A stretch of 64,000 nucleotides of DNA, taken from NCBI GenBank assembly GCA_046563655.1, contig CM102287.1, positions 7,130,001-7,194,000 of the forward strand, read 5' to 3'. The notes below the pieces were generated by a model that saw nothing but the letters and a program-made list of their open reading frames with translations, made no database searches and was not told where the DNA came from. Of this stretch, positions 36,910-49,829 are shown piece after piece. The stretch comes from Yuukianura sp. NJ FZ-2021. Its lineage: Eukaryota. Each line of letters opens with the position of its first letter. Within the stretch, counting starts at the first letter, position 1. A program made the translations under genes and the position numbers.

Positions 36910-37688
36910 TTTGAAAATGAAACAAAAATTGAAACTGCAGTTGAAACTCAGCCGTCAGCCACAAACTTTTACAACTATGGCCTCTTATACTTTATCACGA
37001 GAATTTTAAGAGTGCTAATGGTAGAAAACACATGTTGGCGTTTCTTGTGTTATTGCACAGCATATCTATCTTCACGACCTCGAAAGTTGATCCTACTTTT
37101 ACTTTTTTTTGTAGTTGTAACTATGGTCTGAATTTGTATTAGAAAATACGAAAAGGAGAAAAGGACACTACACAAATCCACACAGCGCAGCGCTGAAAGG
37201 CATATTTTAACGTTTAAAACAGCAAACGCAAGCTTTTAATTTTTTTACAGCTGGTACTATCCTTCAGTTGTTACGTAGAATTCATTTCAATTGCAAAAAA
37301 AAATTATGAGAATTATACTTCCTCCAAATCAGGAAGTTACTTCACCATTTTTTTTCATTTTTTCAACTCCAAGTTAAGTTTCTGGACACGTTAGTTTTAT
37401 AGTTTTGTTTAATAAAAAATCAGCGAAAGAAATTGATTTGATTAAAATTCGAGTCGGAAATTGCGAAGAATCTTAAACTACATAAACTATACTAACAAAA
37501 AATAATTTTATTTATCATTCAAGGACGCCAAGATCGTACTATAGTCTGGTAGTCACTTGCAGTCCTCACTTAACAATTGCACTTTCGAAAGTTGTTTGCT
37601 ATACTCAGTGTTGAAGTGAATTTGTTTTTAACTAGTCCTAGTTAAAACCAAACTCAATTCAATTCAGTTTAAATGTGCTTGTGATAAA

Positions 37689-39710
37689 ATGATACAAATA
37701 CTATATGTTGTAATTTTTGCATGTTTTATTTTTATTTACTTTGCTTCCAAACGTCCCACTGGATTCCCTCCAGGTAAAGTATATTTCAAGTAAAGTATAT
37801 TTCAAGTTGGCGTCAGTGTTTTATATTTGTTCACAAAATTTTCGATTTTTCCATATTTCAGGTCCCTTGAAATTTCCTTTCCTTGGAAATTTTCCTCAAA
37901 TTGCGTTGGGAATCGATCCAGACTCGGGATTAGGCGGGATAGGCCTCAAATGGAGCAAAATCTACGGCCCATTATTTAGTGCAAACTTTGCAAGCTATTC
38001 GTAAGTTGTAGTTTATTATTAGCCATCAACGTGGGAAAATTTTATTGATAATGAAAGAAGTGAAAAATATTTTTGATGTAATTGATTCACAATAAAATAA
38101 ACTCACAATAATTTCAGAGCCATTGTTTTAAACAATGCAAATCTGGTCCGTGAAGCCTTTGCACTTCCACAACTGGCTGGTCGACCTGCCTTTGAAGTTT
38201 CAAATGTCCGTACAGGCGGACGTCCAAGGGGACTGATTTTCAACGTAGGACAAAGCTGGACTGAACAGCGTCGTTTTGCCATGCGACACTTAAAAGACTT
38301 TGGCGTAGGAAAAAATACAATGGAGGGTTTGATTCTAGACGAGGCACAGGATTTGGTTGCAACTCTGCGGAAGACAACTGGAACCCCAGTATCAACAGAC
38401 GTCTTGTTTAATGTCGCCATTATCAACTCTCTCTGGGCAGTAGTGGCTGGACAACGATTCAAACACGATGACCCCAAACTCCTGAAACTCGTGTCATGTG
38501 TCAATCAGTAAGCAAAGTTGTAACAAACGTGAGGGGTGCAAAAGCATGTGGTGAACTGACTGTGTTGAGTGTTTAATGTCCTGCGCAATAGGAATTTGGC
38601 TGAAACGGGCGTTTCTGGAGCTCTAGTATTTATGCCGACTCTTGCAAAACTATTTCCAAAATGGAGCGGATGGAATGACTACTTGGACGCATTCAAAGTC
38701 ACAAGAGCTTTCATAACGGAATTTGTCGAAGATCGTATCAAAACGCATAAAAGTGGTCACTGTAACGACTTTACTGATGCTTACATCGAGCAAATCATGA
38801 GCACTACCGATCCAAACTCCAGTTTCTTTGAAGAGGAAGGAAGTACGATCGCCTAAAATTAAAATAGAATTCACATTGTTCAGTGAGTCTGTTTTCTAAA
38901 TTTTAGTGAAAAACTTAGTGACAACGTTGGATGATTTGTTCAGTGCTGGTAAGTCCAATAGTGTATTTTAGAAACTTTTTCTTATAAAACAAGTTGTATT
39001 GTTGTTTTTTTTCAAAGGTGGCGAAACAACAAGTACGACATTGACATGGTTCCTACTTTGTTTGGCTGTCAATCCGGATGTCCAGGAAAAGTTTCAGTTG
39101 GAAATTGACAGTGTGATTGGACGCGGAAGATTGCCAACACTTGCAGATCGTCCAAGGTAATACTTTTTAACCAAACATAATGAATTCAAAATGCTGTAAT
39201 TCATAATTACAATATTCAAAATATATTAATCGTGTGCTGGTGGTCAATTCCTGTGTGCCCTTTTGCAGAATGCCTTACACCGAGGCCATAACTTCAGAAG
39301 TTTTGCGGATTTCAGCTGTGGTTCATGTTGGCGTCATTCATTCAGCTACTGAGGACGTTGTTTTCCGGAATTTCCTGATTCCCAAGGACACAATGGTTGT
39401 TTCAAATCTTCATGGAATCCACCACGACCCAGATGTCTGGACAGATCCGCACATATTTTGTCCAGAACGATTCCTCGGCTCAGATGGAGTCTCTCCTGTG
39501 AACCAGACCGCATTTGTGCCATTTTCAACCGGAAGGAGGATTTGTCCAGGAGAAGGTCTTGCTAGAGACGAAATTTTTCTTATAGCAACTCTGATTTTTC
39601 GAGAGTTTGATGTAAAACCGGATCCCACCTCCTTACCTTCACTAGCGCCACACTGCCAAGGAGTGGTGACTAAACCACACAAGCATAAACTAATGTTTTA
39701 CCCACGTTAA
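37689..39710 (+). CDS. Cytochrome P450, CYP2 clan, multi-exon
   Basis: TM anchor plus PPG|P, WTEQRRFAMRHLKDFGVGK (WxxxR), I-helix DLFSAG|GETTST, EVLR (ExxR), PERF and the heme motif PFSTGRRICPGE. Confidence 0.95.
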
Positions 39711-40299
39711 ATCAACACAATCCACCAAAAATTCTGTCACGCATTTCCTGTGTAACTTCCTTCGTTTTGGTTAGCTTTAAGTTTTTTTTTGTTCTTATGG
39801 AGTAAATATTACTTACATTTCGGTGAATAGCGTTTATTGATTTTAGTGAATACCTGTAGTAATAGGTTCCTATGTACTATTAGGTAAACATTTAAATACT
39901 AACAACATACAAAATACTCAAAAGAAACACATTAAGTTTCCACGGTCAATTTACTTAATATTGGAGTGTTTAAACATTGACGCAATATAGAAACTCAACT
40001 TTTAATTATTTTCTGACTACACAAAAAGGAACTCCATTCCATAGGTATACATTTCAAAATTCACGCAGCATCACACGGTTTTGCCAATTACGTTACCCAT
40101 CAACTCCTGGTAAATATTTCCAGCTGTGCGAAAACATGACTTAAATTTTGACCTTTTGACCTTTAATATTTCACACAAAAAATTTGTTGCTAGAAATATT
40201 ACACAGTCAGTTGTTGCACTTTTAATGTGCGAAGGTTGGGCATCATTGACGTGAACGAACTCAACTGTGAAACAAAATTGTATTAGTACAAAGGCATTT

Positions 40300-41465
40300 T
40301 TAGCAGTCGGTCCAGGACGGTTCCTTCCGACACCTTTCTGGACAAGTTGCAGTGTTAGGACCGTCTAGTATGCTTCCAACGAAGCGTCCATTCTCACGTT
40401 TTGTTGGAAACGGTAAATTTATTCCATCTCCTGGAAAAAATTGGCACGTATAGCTGTCATGTGCCATGGTTTCATTGGCAAGTTCGCGGTAAATTACAGC
40501 ATACAGCATGGTTTGATCCCATCCTTTGTGTGGGACCAACTTTGCTCCCTAAACATATTTTACAAAGCGCATAATTTCACACAACATCATAGTCATAGTG
40601 AACATATCTTACCTCAATTAAACTCAATCGAAGGCGTTGAGAACGTTCTGCACCGAGCAAAGTGTTTTTTGCACCCCACATCCCAGCTAACATGGGAGTT
40701 CTATGATACGGATGATCTCTCATTACGTGAATGGAATAATTTGAATTTTCCCACTCCTGGACGGCAGCTCTTTCACGCGGGTATATTCGACTGTCCAAGT
40801 CTCTGCAAATGAAAATGTCAACCATCGGGTCACCCAATGGAAGAAATCTCCCGCTTCTTGGGTCCATTTCGCTTAAATTCCCTAACGGTACAAAAATGTA
40901 CGATTCATCCTTACTTCAACCAAAAAATTCGGAAATGTCTTACCGAAGCCTGGAATATTGCTAATGTCACACACGTAGAAATGGTCGTAAGTACTAAGTA
41001 GTTCACTGAAATTGGATCGAGGAATGTCGGTGTATAGCCTCACTAGCCAACCTGGATACAGTTCCTTAGCTTTTTCTAAATTTGGTGCAACTCCCTTCAG
41101 GAACATTGGAATGGCTTGTTCGTTCGGTACAAACAAACTGTACGAAATGACCTTCTGACCTTTCCCAGCTTCTGTGGCCTCCTTGCTACAAGATGATTGC
41201 GGCTCGTCATTCCTGAAATAGTTGTTTCATGGTCAGTTTTTAGCCAAGTTTCGAAAAATTGAAACAAATCTTTTAGAAATTTTAACCTCAACGTATTGTC
41301 CTTCTTTTCAAAAGAAAATTCCGTCTGTTGTGCTCGTAACTTTGGAGGATAAATTTCTGCAGGTACGTCTGTCGACCCAACGTAGTTCACGTAGTTCCTC
41401 CAAATGACAAAAACAATGAAAAAACTGCAACCCAAGAATAAAAACAATTTTGGAGTCCATAACAT
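40300..41465 (-). CDS. Uncharacterised type II membrane protein with a DxD motif (putative glycosyltransferase-like), 4 exons
   Basis: N-terminal TM. Conserved-looking blocks QKVISYSLF, YPGWLVRLY, RFLPLGDPMVDIFICRDLDSR...RERAAVQEW, HVMRDHPYH...MLAGMWG, DQTML...IY and AHDSYTC. Confidence 0.75.
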
Positions 41466-42306
41466 GATTACCTTTGCTAAATTTTGAAATTGAATTCTTT
41501 TTTAAGAAAAACGGACTGTACTAAATGTTAACTCTACAGGTGAAGCTAAAATCCTTCATGTTGACCAACTAAAAGATAAGATATAAAACGCTGTTTACGA
41601 CTGATATGAAAATTATATAGGTTAGCTGACTAGCCATCAAGCGGGAAATGACTCATATTATGTGCTCAGGAGTTTTATAAAACGTCCAGTCAGTTTTGAT
41701 TTGGAATGAATTAATTGAGTTTTAAATGTTTTAATAAAATTTATTAAATACTATTGCTAAAGAAAAATATGGGAAACAGGTCGAGATGCAATCCCGATTT
41801 CGTCTATAACGCAAAGGGCAATTAAGCTGTTCAGGCGACATTCCGCATCCCAATCCCAAAATGTTCGTGATTCAATAAGTATTGATTAACAATTTTTTTT
41901 TCAAAAAGCTAGAAATTTAATATGAAATTTAGAGTATAATATTAAAAAAATTCCAAATTTCAAAAAACTAATTTTTTTTAACTCAGCAACACGGTTTAAT
42001 TTCAACGTTAGGTTTAAAAAATTGAAATCCAACAAAATACGATTTTCGTTTTACAAAAAAAAATGCCGAAAAGGTCTATACTCAAACATTGTGTACTAAT
42101 TTTTGGTTCAACTGCGTATGTTTTAATTGCATTTATTCCTTCATCGGACAAATTGCGTATGAAACTAGCACATTCGAGCAATTTACGTACCGTACCAATG
42201 TTTTACTGTAAATACGTAATAGCATTGGCGAACTTCGGAGACACAGAGGGTGATTGTTGACTTGAATGTGAGGGTGAAAGTGCGCCAAGAAAGCTTTCAC
42301 CGCCAG

Positions 42307-42792
42307 TATAAAAGCAAAAGACGAAACTCAGTGTTTCCTCATTCTCGTCTCAGACAGCATCCAAGAAACATTTACATCACCTAAAACTGAGTAAAACTGA
42401 GCGGATTTAAGCAAATGTACTACTTTTGTTCTTATCAAGAAACTCAAATCTTAACAATAAGACTTAAACTGAACGTTTTCTAAGCAAAACAAGATTGTCA
42501 GGCGAAGGCTTTTTGACTCTGGAAAATTATTTGGCTCGATCTCTGCAACGTAGTAGGAGATTCCTGCCGTTTGTTGCCATTTGCAAACGATACATTTGTG
42601 GCTTACCAAAAAAAATGGTCGTGCCGTTCGTAAAAAGACTCTTGGGAAATGAATTGGAAAACTAGATTTTGTGAATCTCCGCATAATCTGACCCCTGCGT
42701 CCACAAAATAAATCATCCACAACAAGAGGCTAATATTTCACTTGGGCTCTGGAAGATTGCATCTCAGGAAGGCCGTTTCCTCCAACTCCAAG
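42307..42792 (+). promoter_or_regulatory. TATA/Inr promoter and probable non-coding first exon, likely of the downstream class B GPCR
   Basis: TATAAAA at 42307-42313, TCATTC Inr at 42339-42344 and a strong donor AAG|GTAAGA at 42793. A candidate acceptor TTTCAG at 49458 precedes the GPCR ATG. The link to the GPCR is inferred. Confidence 0.45.
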
Positions 42793-45700
42793 GTAAGATT
42801 AATTTCACAGAATTTTAGAACAACTTTCTCCGAAATTTTTCAAAATTCATAGTTTGAATTCCACGAAGAAACGCCTTGGCATAGGCGTTTTGAAATTGGT
42901 TAAACTTTTTCATGTGATTGCTTGTATACTTAGTCATAAATTTCACTTTGAAGGTTGCAAAATTTAACAAGCCATAAAACAACAAATGAGCGCATATTAG
43001 CTTTTGCATTTTTAAAAGCTCATCACTATGTACGAGTTATATAATTTATGAATCCTAAGTTTCAGTGCAACTCTTGTCTCTGAGGTTGATATCGTTGTTA
43101 TTTTCGCTTTCTCGATCAACTTTTTCTTCAAAAATTGCTTAAAACTTTTGTAAACATGCATTTTGTTGTAATGGAATATTAACTTAAATGTTTTAACACT
43201 CGTTCATTTCAAATCATTTTTATAAAAATCCGAAAGAATGTTCTTGTTTAAGATACAATTTTGAAACATTTATTTTCAACAAAAAAATACCAAATATTGT
43301 GGTTCAACCACGGACAAATTCATTCTTGAAATTCCACAAAAGTCAAATCGAAGTAAATTGGCAGTGATGCAGCACGTATTCATCCATGCCAAATATTTTT
43401 ATCACCAAAACACGACGTAATCGTGTTTTAAAAGATCAACGACCTGCTGTGCTTTGGAACCCAATAACTTTGGCAAAAATGAGGCGATTAGTGAATTCCC
43501 AAATTTCGAGTTCAAGTTGAAATTTATGATTTGGAAAATATTGGCAAACTGGAGAAAGTTGCGGAAGCTGACTCTTAAATTTATCGTCCGACCTAAAAAT
43601 AACAGTAAACGACAACAGTTCGGAATTTCTATGCTGTTGGTTTAGTACTCTGGTTTAAAAGTGCTACTTACGACCACCACAGCTAAAGTCTAAGATCATT
43701 TTTCTGGTTTTGGCATTTTGGCATACCATGACTTTCTGTTTGTTTTCGAAACGAGCGAGATAAACTTTGGCAGCAGAAGGTTTAATAATGATAATCCGAA
43801 ACTGTCTGCATTTTTTGAGGCGGAGATGCACTACTACTGTTATAGAACCAGAAGACGGACACTTGAAGATAAGTTGTGGCACTTCCATGATCTTTGCAAA
43901 AACACATAAGACGCAATACAAGATCATTTCTTGACAAAGACAGTGAAGAGATGAGAAGGAACAAAGTGAACAAGGATCATAAATAGTACAACTTTTTTGA
44001 GAAAACTTTGGTTCAAGAAAAGAAAGCGTCATTAGCACTACACTCAATCCATTTGTACCGTGTCAGTATAGTTACATTTCTACAAGAACTGGAGTTGTAA
44101 GTGTCATAAAATAAAAGTTTTGGAAACAATCATCTCATGAATTTTTTCTGAATCCGACAACTGACAGATAGACAGCCAAACCTCTTCTGTTTTTCATCAA
44201 GCACAAAAACTTTTTATGAAAAGTGATCTTCTTTCAATCTGCAAAGTTTTGGTCTTAATACATTTTGAGTTTAGTTTTGTTGGCACGTGACCTTGAGGGA
44301 ATTAACAAAAATTGCGATCAGGCTCGATAAGTGATTCATGTGTATCAGAAATTCTAATGGCTGGAACTGATGACATATTTCTAGCAGTAGTGGAACATCA
44401 AAGCTAACGCTAGGTAACTTCCTCGAGTAACTTAAAAAATACCTCGTGATGATTTTTTTCTTCGCTGTAAATTTTTCGATTCGGCGTAATTGGCACTGTT
44501 CATTCATTAGCACGCTTTTGAAATTTTATGTAATCTGTCTACTGGGAGAGCTGAAAAATTAAATCAGTTTTACAATACAGAATAACAAAGGAATCTTTGT
44601 TAATCTGTATTGTTCCTAACCAAATTTCTTGTTTTTGCCAACGAATTGTTGACTAAGGTGCATAGGATTTAGTGCGACACTGAAGACGGATTCCAGTGAA
44701 CTGAATATAACAGAGAAAAGATTGGCAGTTAGCTCCAAGCGTCAAACTAAAAAAAGTAAGTTTCCAACAAACAAACTTGCTTTCGTGGAAGCAACTGGTT
44801 GAAACAGAGTTTCCAAAAATTTTCGGAAGAGTCACCAATTTATCAAATAATTAACGTTATGAGTAGTTTCATATTTTTGAAAATGATTTATCCCATGTAC
44901 GTTTGAGTTCGTGTGTGATAGAAAATGCTAGACTTTTTAAAGACAAGGACAAGTTTTCCACTCGCTTTTGGTATAAATATGAAAATATAGAATATAAGAA
45001 TAAAGGTGCGAAAAATAAATAAAGTTAGTTGAAAATGAAAGTCTTAGTTTGACAGCTTAATCGAAATTTCAATATTCTTCGTCACATGGGGTTAGGAAAC
45101 ATAACTCTTGACAAACTTTCTCCACAAGAGAAAAAAACAGGTTCGAAAAAGTTTAGAAATCTTCAGGAGCAAATTGAATATTGTAAACACGGGCAAGGGA
45201 TAAAGTATTAATAAGGTTCTACTTACCTCCTATAAGGAGGTCAATTTTGGTAAAATTTTAGACCACATTTTGTATCCTCCAACTTTAAAAAAAAGTTTGT
45301 CAAATGTAACACCTTGATAATGAAAATTGACAAGCCTGACCTAAAGTTAGTATAAAATTTTCTATCAAATCATAAGATTAGTATATACAAAAATTTTCGA
45401 TTTTATACAGGACAAATGACAAGATTTAAAATTTCTCCCTCACATTAGCACACTGTTCACCCATATTTTTTGCTTAATTCATTTCCTAACGTTTTGCTTT
45501 TACTCACACTTTTTCACTCAAGTCTACGGCAAATCTAAACAATCGCGTTGCAGAATTTGAATAACTTTGAAGTGGGATCTCTCCGCTTTCCAAGGGGCAT
45601 AAAATTCCACTTGTCCTTTCGTGTAGTAATTGTCATGTAACCTAACTTTTAGATGATGTAGAGCCCTAGAGACGGTGGTTTTGGAAATTGAAGTATTGGG

Positions 45701-47689
45701 TTAAGCTGCACTTTGAAGATCACAGACTAACCTAACCGACAAATTAATAGGTTGAGTAGTGTGTGGTGTAGTGAACCTAATTGTTGGTTTTATACTGCCA
45801 GTCAGATCCTCTTATTCTTCCTATTGAACAGTTGAGAATTAGGAGTGGGCCAGTAAATTAATGGAACTGGTTCATTAACTTTTACTTTCATGGAAGTGTA
45901 AGTCTACTGTGGTAGTAGTAGTGCGAAGCACTTTCACTTTCCAATTTCACGCCAAACTTTCCTTGACTCCTCCAATCCCCAAAAGTTGTAGAGCAAGAAG
46001 TGTCCTAGAAAATTATTCAAGTTCATTTCGAGTGGAAATTAGAAGTGGAGGTTTAATCAAACGAAAAGAATGAAAGTCACAGCTTTCTATCTTCACTTCT
46101 TCAACTTCTTTCCGAATGAAAAAGAAATTTCCCTAGTCGCTTCAATAAAGCCATATTTCAAAAAATAGACTTTTAGAAAGGCTGCGACGGCATAATTTGA
46201 CGTAAAAAGTTAAGGGAACGCGGAGACCAATATTAGCGATTAGCTAAATCAAAACCAAAAAGCTCCCATTTAACAGAAAAAAGAAATACCGTAAAACTTT
46301 CAATAGAAGCCTGTCTCAAATATACGCGCCGGAGTTAATAGAAGCCTCCCTGATAGTGACAAAATTAAATTGTAAGCTGGGTTTTTACCAGATGTTTTAC
46401 GGTAATATGCTTTGTGATCATGAGCATTAGCATATGTTTTGGTTTGAATACAAGAGGGCATAAGGGTGAACGTTAATGCAAAATGAAAGTAGTAGTGACA
46501 GTTCCACTTTCTCCGTAATCCACCCTCCAAAGCAGTAACCATCGTTTCCAAGCCCTCTCCTTTGAAATTTAATTTAAGTATAAGTTCCAACAGATCCAAT
46601 ACAGAATTGGAAACTTGTTCAAATTTAGTTCGACTTCTTTCTTTTTACTTCTGCTGAAACTGAACTAGCAGTTTCCAGGGATTTTGGAAATAATAACACT
46701 CAAACGCTATGGCGGTTTTCTTTTATTTGAATAACACTCTTCTCACAGAAGCTTAGTACAAACGGAACAACACGTCTCGAGAAAACTACTTTGTTAAATT
46801 ACATTTCATTTTCAACAGATTTTTTTTTTTTCAGAAATGCGCAAATTGAAGGCTAGCGTTGCAATCTGTAGCCAGAAAAGAAGAACAAATGTTCACTTAA
46901 ATTTTGCCGAAGACTCGTTCCATGATTGCAGTGAGTTAACCAAATTGTATAAAATTAAATGTTAAAAATAGAATGGTTGGCTAAAAAGTAATCACAAGGA
47001 AAAAGCCGTGACCTCCGTCAGGTCACGGAGTAACCTTAACCTAACATAGTATAATAAATGCATTCAGGGTTTTATATGGTGTGCCAGTTTTGTTCTTTGT
47101 GTGGGAAATTTTCTTCTTTGAAATTTCCATTTTATTTCCTCCTCCACAAACTTTCTCCATCAGAGCAGAGTTTTATTTTTAAATCCCATTGTTCTCTTGG
47201 GATTAGACTTGTCATTGTCACTCGCGTAGGAGTTGGTGAAAAGAAGAATGATTATGACAAAAATTCGATGAGTAAAGTTACAACGAATATCAAAATTAGG
47301 ATCGAAATTTGGATCAAAAGACTAGTTTTATTGAAGTAGCGCAAGATCCATTAGCAGAATTTCAATGAAATTTCTCCTGCATCTTTGGTTTTTCTCTGTA
47401 CTTTCGGCGAAAACAGGAACATATTACATTCAGTACGGTGAAAAAGTTAAATAAATGTTAGGCTTTGTATAGTTTTTGAATTGAGCATTTGAAGAACAAT
47501 AGAGGTTGTGGTTTAATGTGTCTGAAGCTTAGTATTTTCATGGCAGTTTTAGTCACATTCCAGACTTAGTTCATACCCTAGGTTTTAGCAAGCTATTATT
47601 TCCATATGTGTAAGTGTTGATTGACTATTTTAATTACTAAGGATTCCATTTGGCTTAACTTCAAAGGAGTTGAATCATGTCTTTGTGGA

Positions 47690-48130
47690 TTTTAAACACT
47701 TCAAAGAGATTTATATTTGTGGTTTATTAGATTGTTTCAGAAGTTTCAAATAGTATGGAGTTCGAAATTTGGATTGGGAGTATACACAGTCAAATTAGTT
47801 GGAGAAAGTCTACAGAATAAAGTTGGAACTTCTGTTCGAAACAAAAACGGGAATTCCCAAGGACTCCGTAAATCTTTTTGTTTGAAATGGGAACTTTTCA
47901 CTGAAAAATTGAAATTCAAAATGCAGAAACGAAAACATCTTTTGGCTGATGAAAATTTTCGCTTGTGATTTTTGACACTTCCTTGTGCCAAAATTACTCT
48001 CACGGGAGAAAGCGTGCTTCTATTTATGTAAAGAAAAAATACTATAAAATACAAAAACAGAACAACAACGCAATCTTTTGTAAGGGTTGCAAAGACTTCT
48101 TCTGTCTGCGTCTTGCAAGTCACCATGTCC
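47690..48130 (+). mobile_element. Possible highly degenerate piggyBac-type transposase C-terminal remnant
   Basis: Frameshifted fragments KR(F)..GLLD..VSNS, FRL..HFLVPK, RKR/CFYLCK and RTTT/FCKGCKDFFCL resemble the piggyBac C-terminus and its Cys-rich domain. No TIRs seen. Confidence 0.35.
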
Positions 48131-49829
48131 CGGTTGACTTTTTTGCAATCTTGAGGATGTTCCAATTTAGATCAAATTCTTTCGCTTTTTTAAGCCGAAA
48201 AGCCAAGAAACTTAGGAGAGCGTGATGGGAATGATTTTGTGGTTGGATTAGAACATTACGCTCCATTGAGGCTCTGTCCAGGAAGCGGGACAAGAGGGAC
48301 ATTGCCATTCGCCTCAGGACTTTGCGAATAGCAAACGACGAGACAAGACATCCACTTCCACTCTGCTTAAGGGGTTTTAGATTAGTTGCGACATAACCTA
48401 ACCTTTCGATGCAGAAGAACAATGTAAAAAACGCAAATAAGAGAAAAGAATTCGGAATTTTGACTTCTTCGAAATTTTATTACGTGAATTTTTCCTAAAT
48501 GTGCAAAGATATCTGCGACTTTCTTTTAACAGATTCGCAGAACTCAAAAAATCAAATTATTTCCAATACGTTTTAATTTCCGTTTCAAAAGTAAAAATGA
48601 CAAAAATTTCTGCTCGACTAAATTGAAACAGAGAACTTCTTTCAATTAGTTTTTGATTTAATTGCCGCCATCGCCTTTGAAATTAACTTTTCTTTAGAAC
48701 AAAATGGAAATTGAAACGGAAGGCGTAAATTAAAAAGCGAGCAGTATAGTTTAAAATATGATTGAATGAGTAGGCGAAGGAAGAAGTAATTCTTCCGTAC
48801 TTTGTAATTTGATAAATGAATTCTTGTCTTTTCTTGAATTCATAAGTGCTTCATCACCTCCGTTCCCGAGCTCCTTCTCCCATAAATTACTGCCTCCAAA
48901 ATGTCTAAAGATTCTTAAATTATGGCAGTTCCGTCTTACCGCTTTCTCTCTTCACCTTAAATCCGAAACATATGTCGGTCTACTTTAAGTTATGAGTTTC
49001 GCATTCAAAATTTAAAAAGAACTTTGGAATTTGAAAAAGAAAACCGCCTCCTGTGTAACATAGGACATAAATATTACAAACATTCTAAACAATTTTTTGC
49101 AAATGTTTCAACAATTTTCGTTTTCTTCAAATTTTTGTTAAAATTGAACCAATTTTAGTCGAGTTGAAATCTGCAATTTCGCTTGTTTTTGTTTCAGAGA
49201 ACATTTTGAAAAGACACAAAAAAAATCATTTTGAATGATTAGGATTTACAAAGTTTGCTTTGACTTTTCTGTCACTTTTTTAATTGGAAAGCACGTGTGG
49301 AGAGAATTGTTTGAATTAAGCTTTTGGTTTGAATTGAATCCAATTGACTTTTGTCATAGGGTTCAAGTGTTAATAAAGTCGAGAACCTGCGGTTAGGATA
49401 TCCAGGATCTCCTGGAGTCAATGACTGCTTCTTTCTAATATTGCTATTTTCATTTCAGAAGAACAAAGGAAGTGAAGAGAACCTTTGACGACGATTGCCA
49501 CTGTTCTACCCACTTGAACTCCACAGTTTCTGGTTTCCTGCACAGTGACTTTGACCCCAGCGGAAACTGTAAGGTCAACTGCTAAAACTTTGTGCTAACA
49601 AGAAGCAAAAACAGAGAAGGCGAGATTAAATATCACAAGAAAAAGCTTCTTCGCTTTGACAAAAAAAGTACTTCAAACAAAAGACGTTTTTTGTACAGAA
49701 CAAAAAAAAACATAGTTTTCTTCTATGAAGTGAAAGTGGTGAAAGTTGGCTCACAAAACTCTCAGAAAAATTAGTAAAGGATTTTTTTGTGTTCTTGACT
49801 TTGAGTGAATCATATCCTTGAGAGGAAAA

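Noticed and set aside
42800..47600. Short ORFs in the long AT-rich region as genes
   Set aside because: No motifs, splice-consistent partners or coding-like composition; most likely intronic or intergenic.
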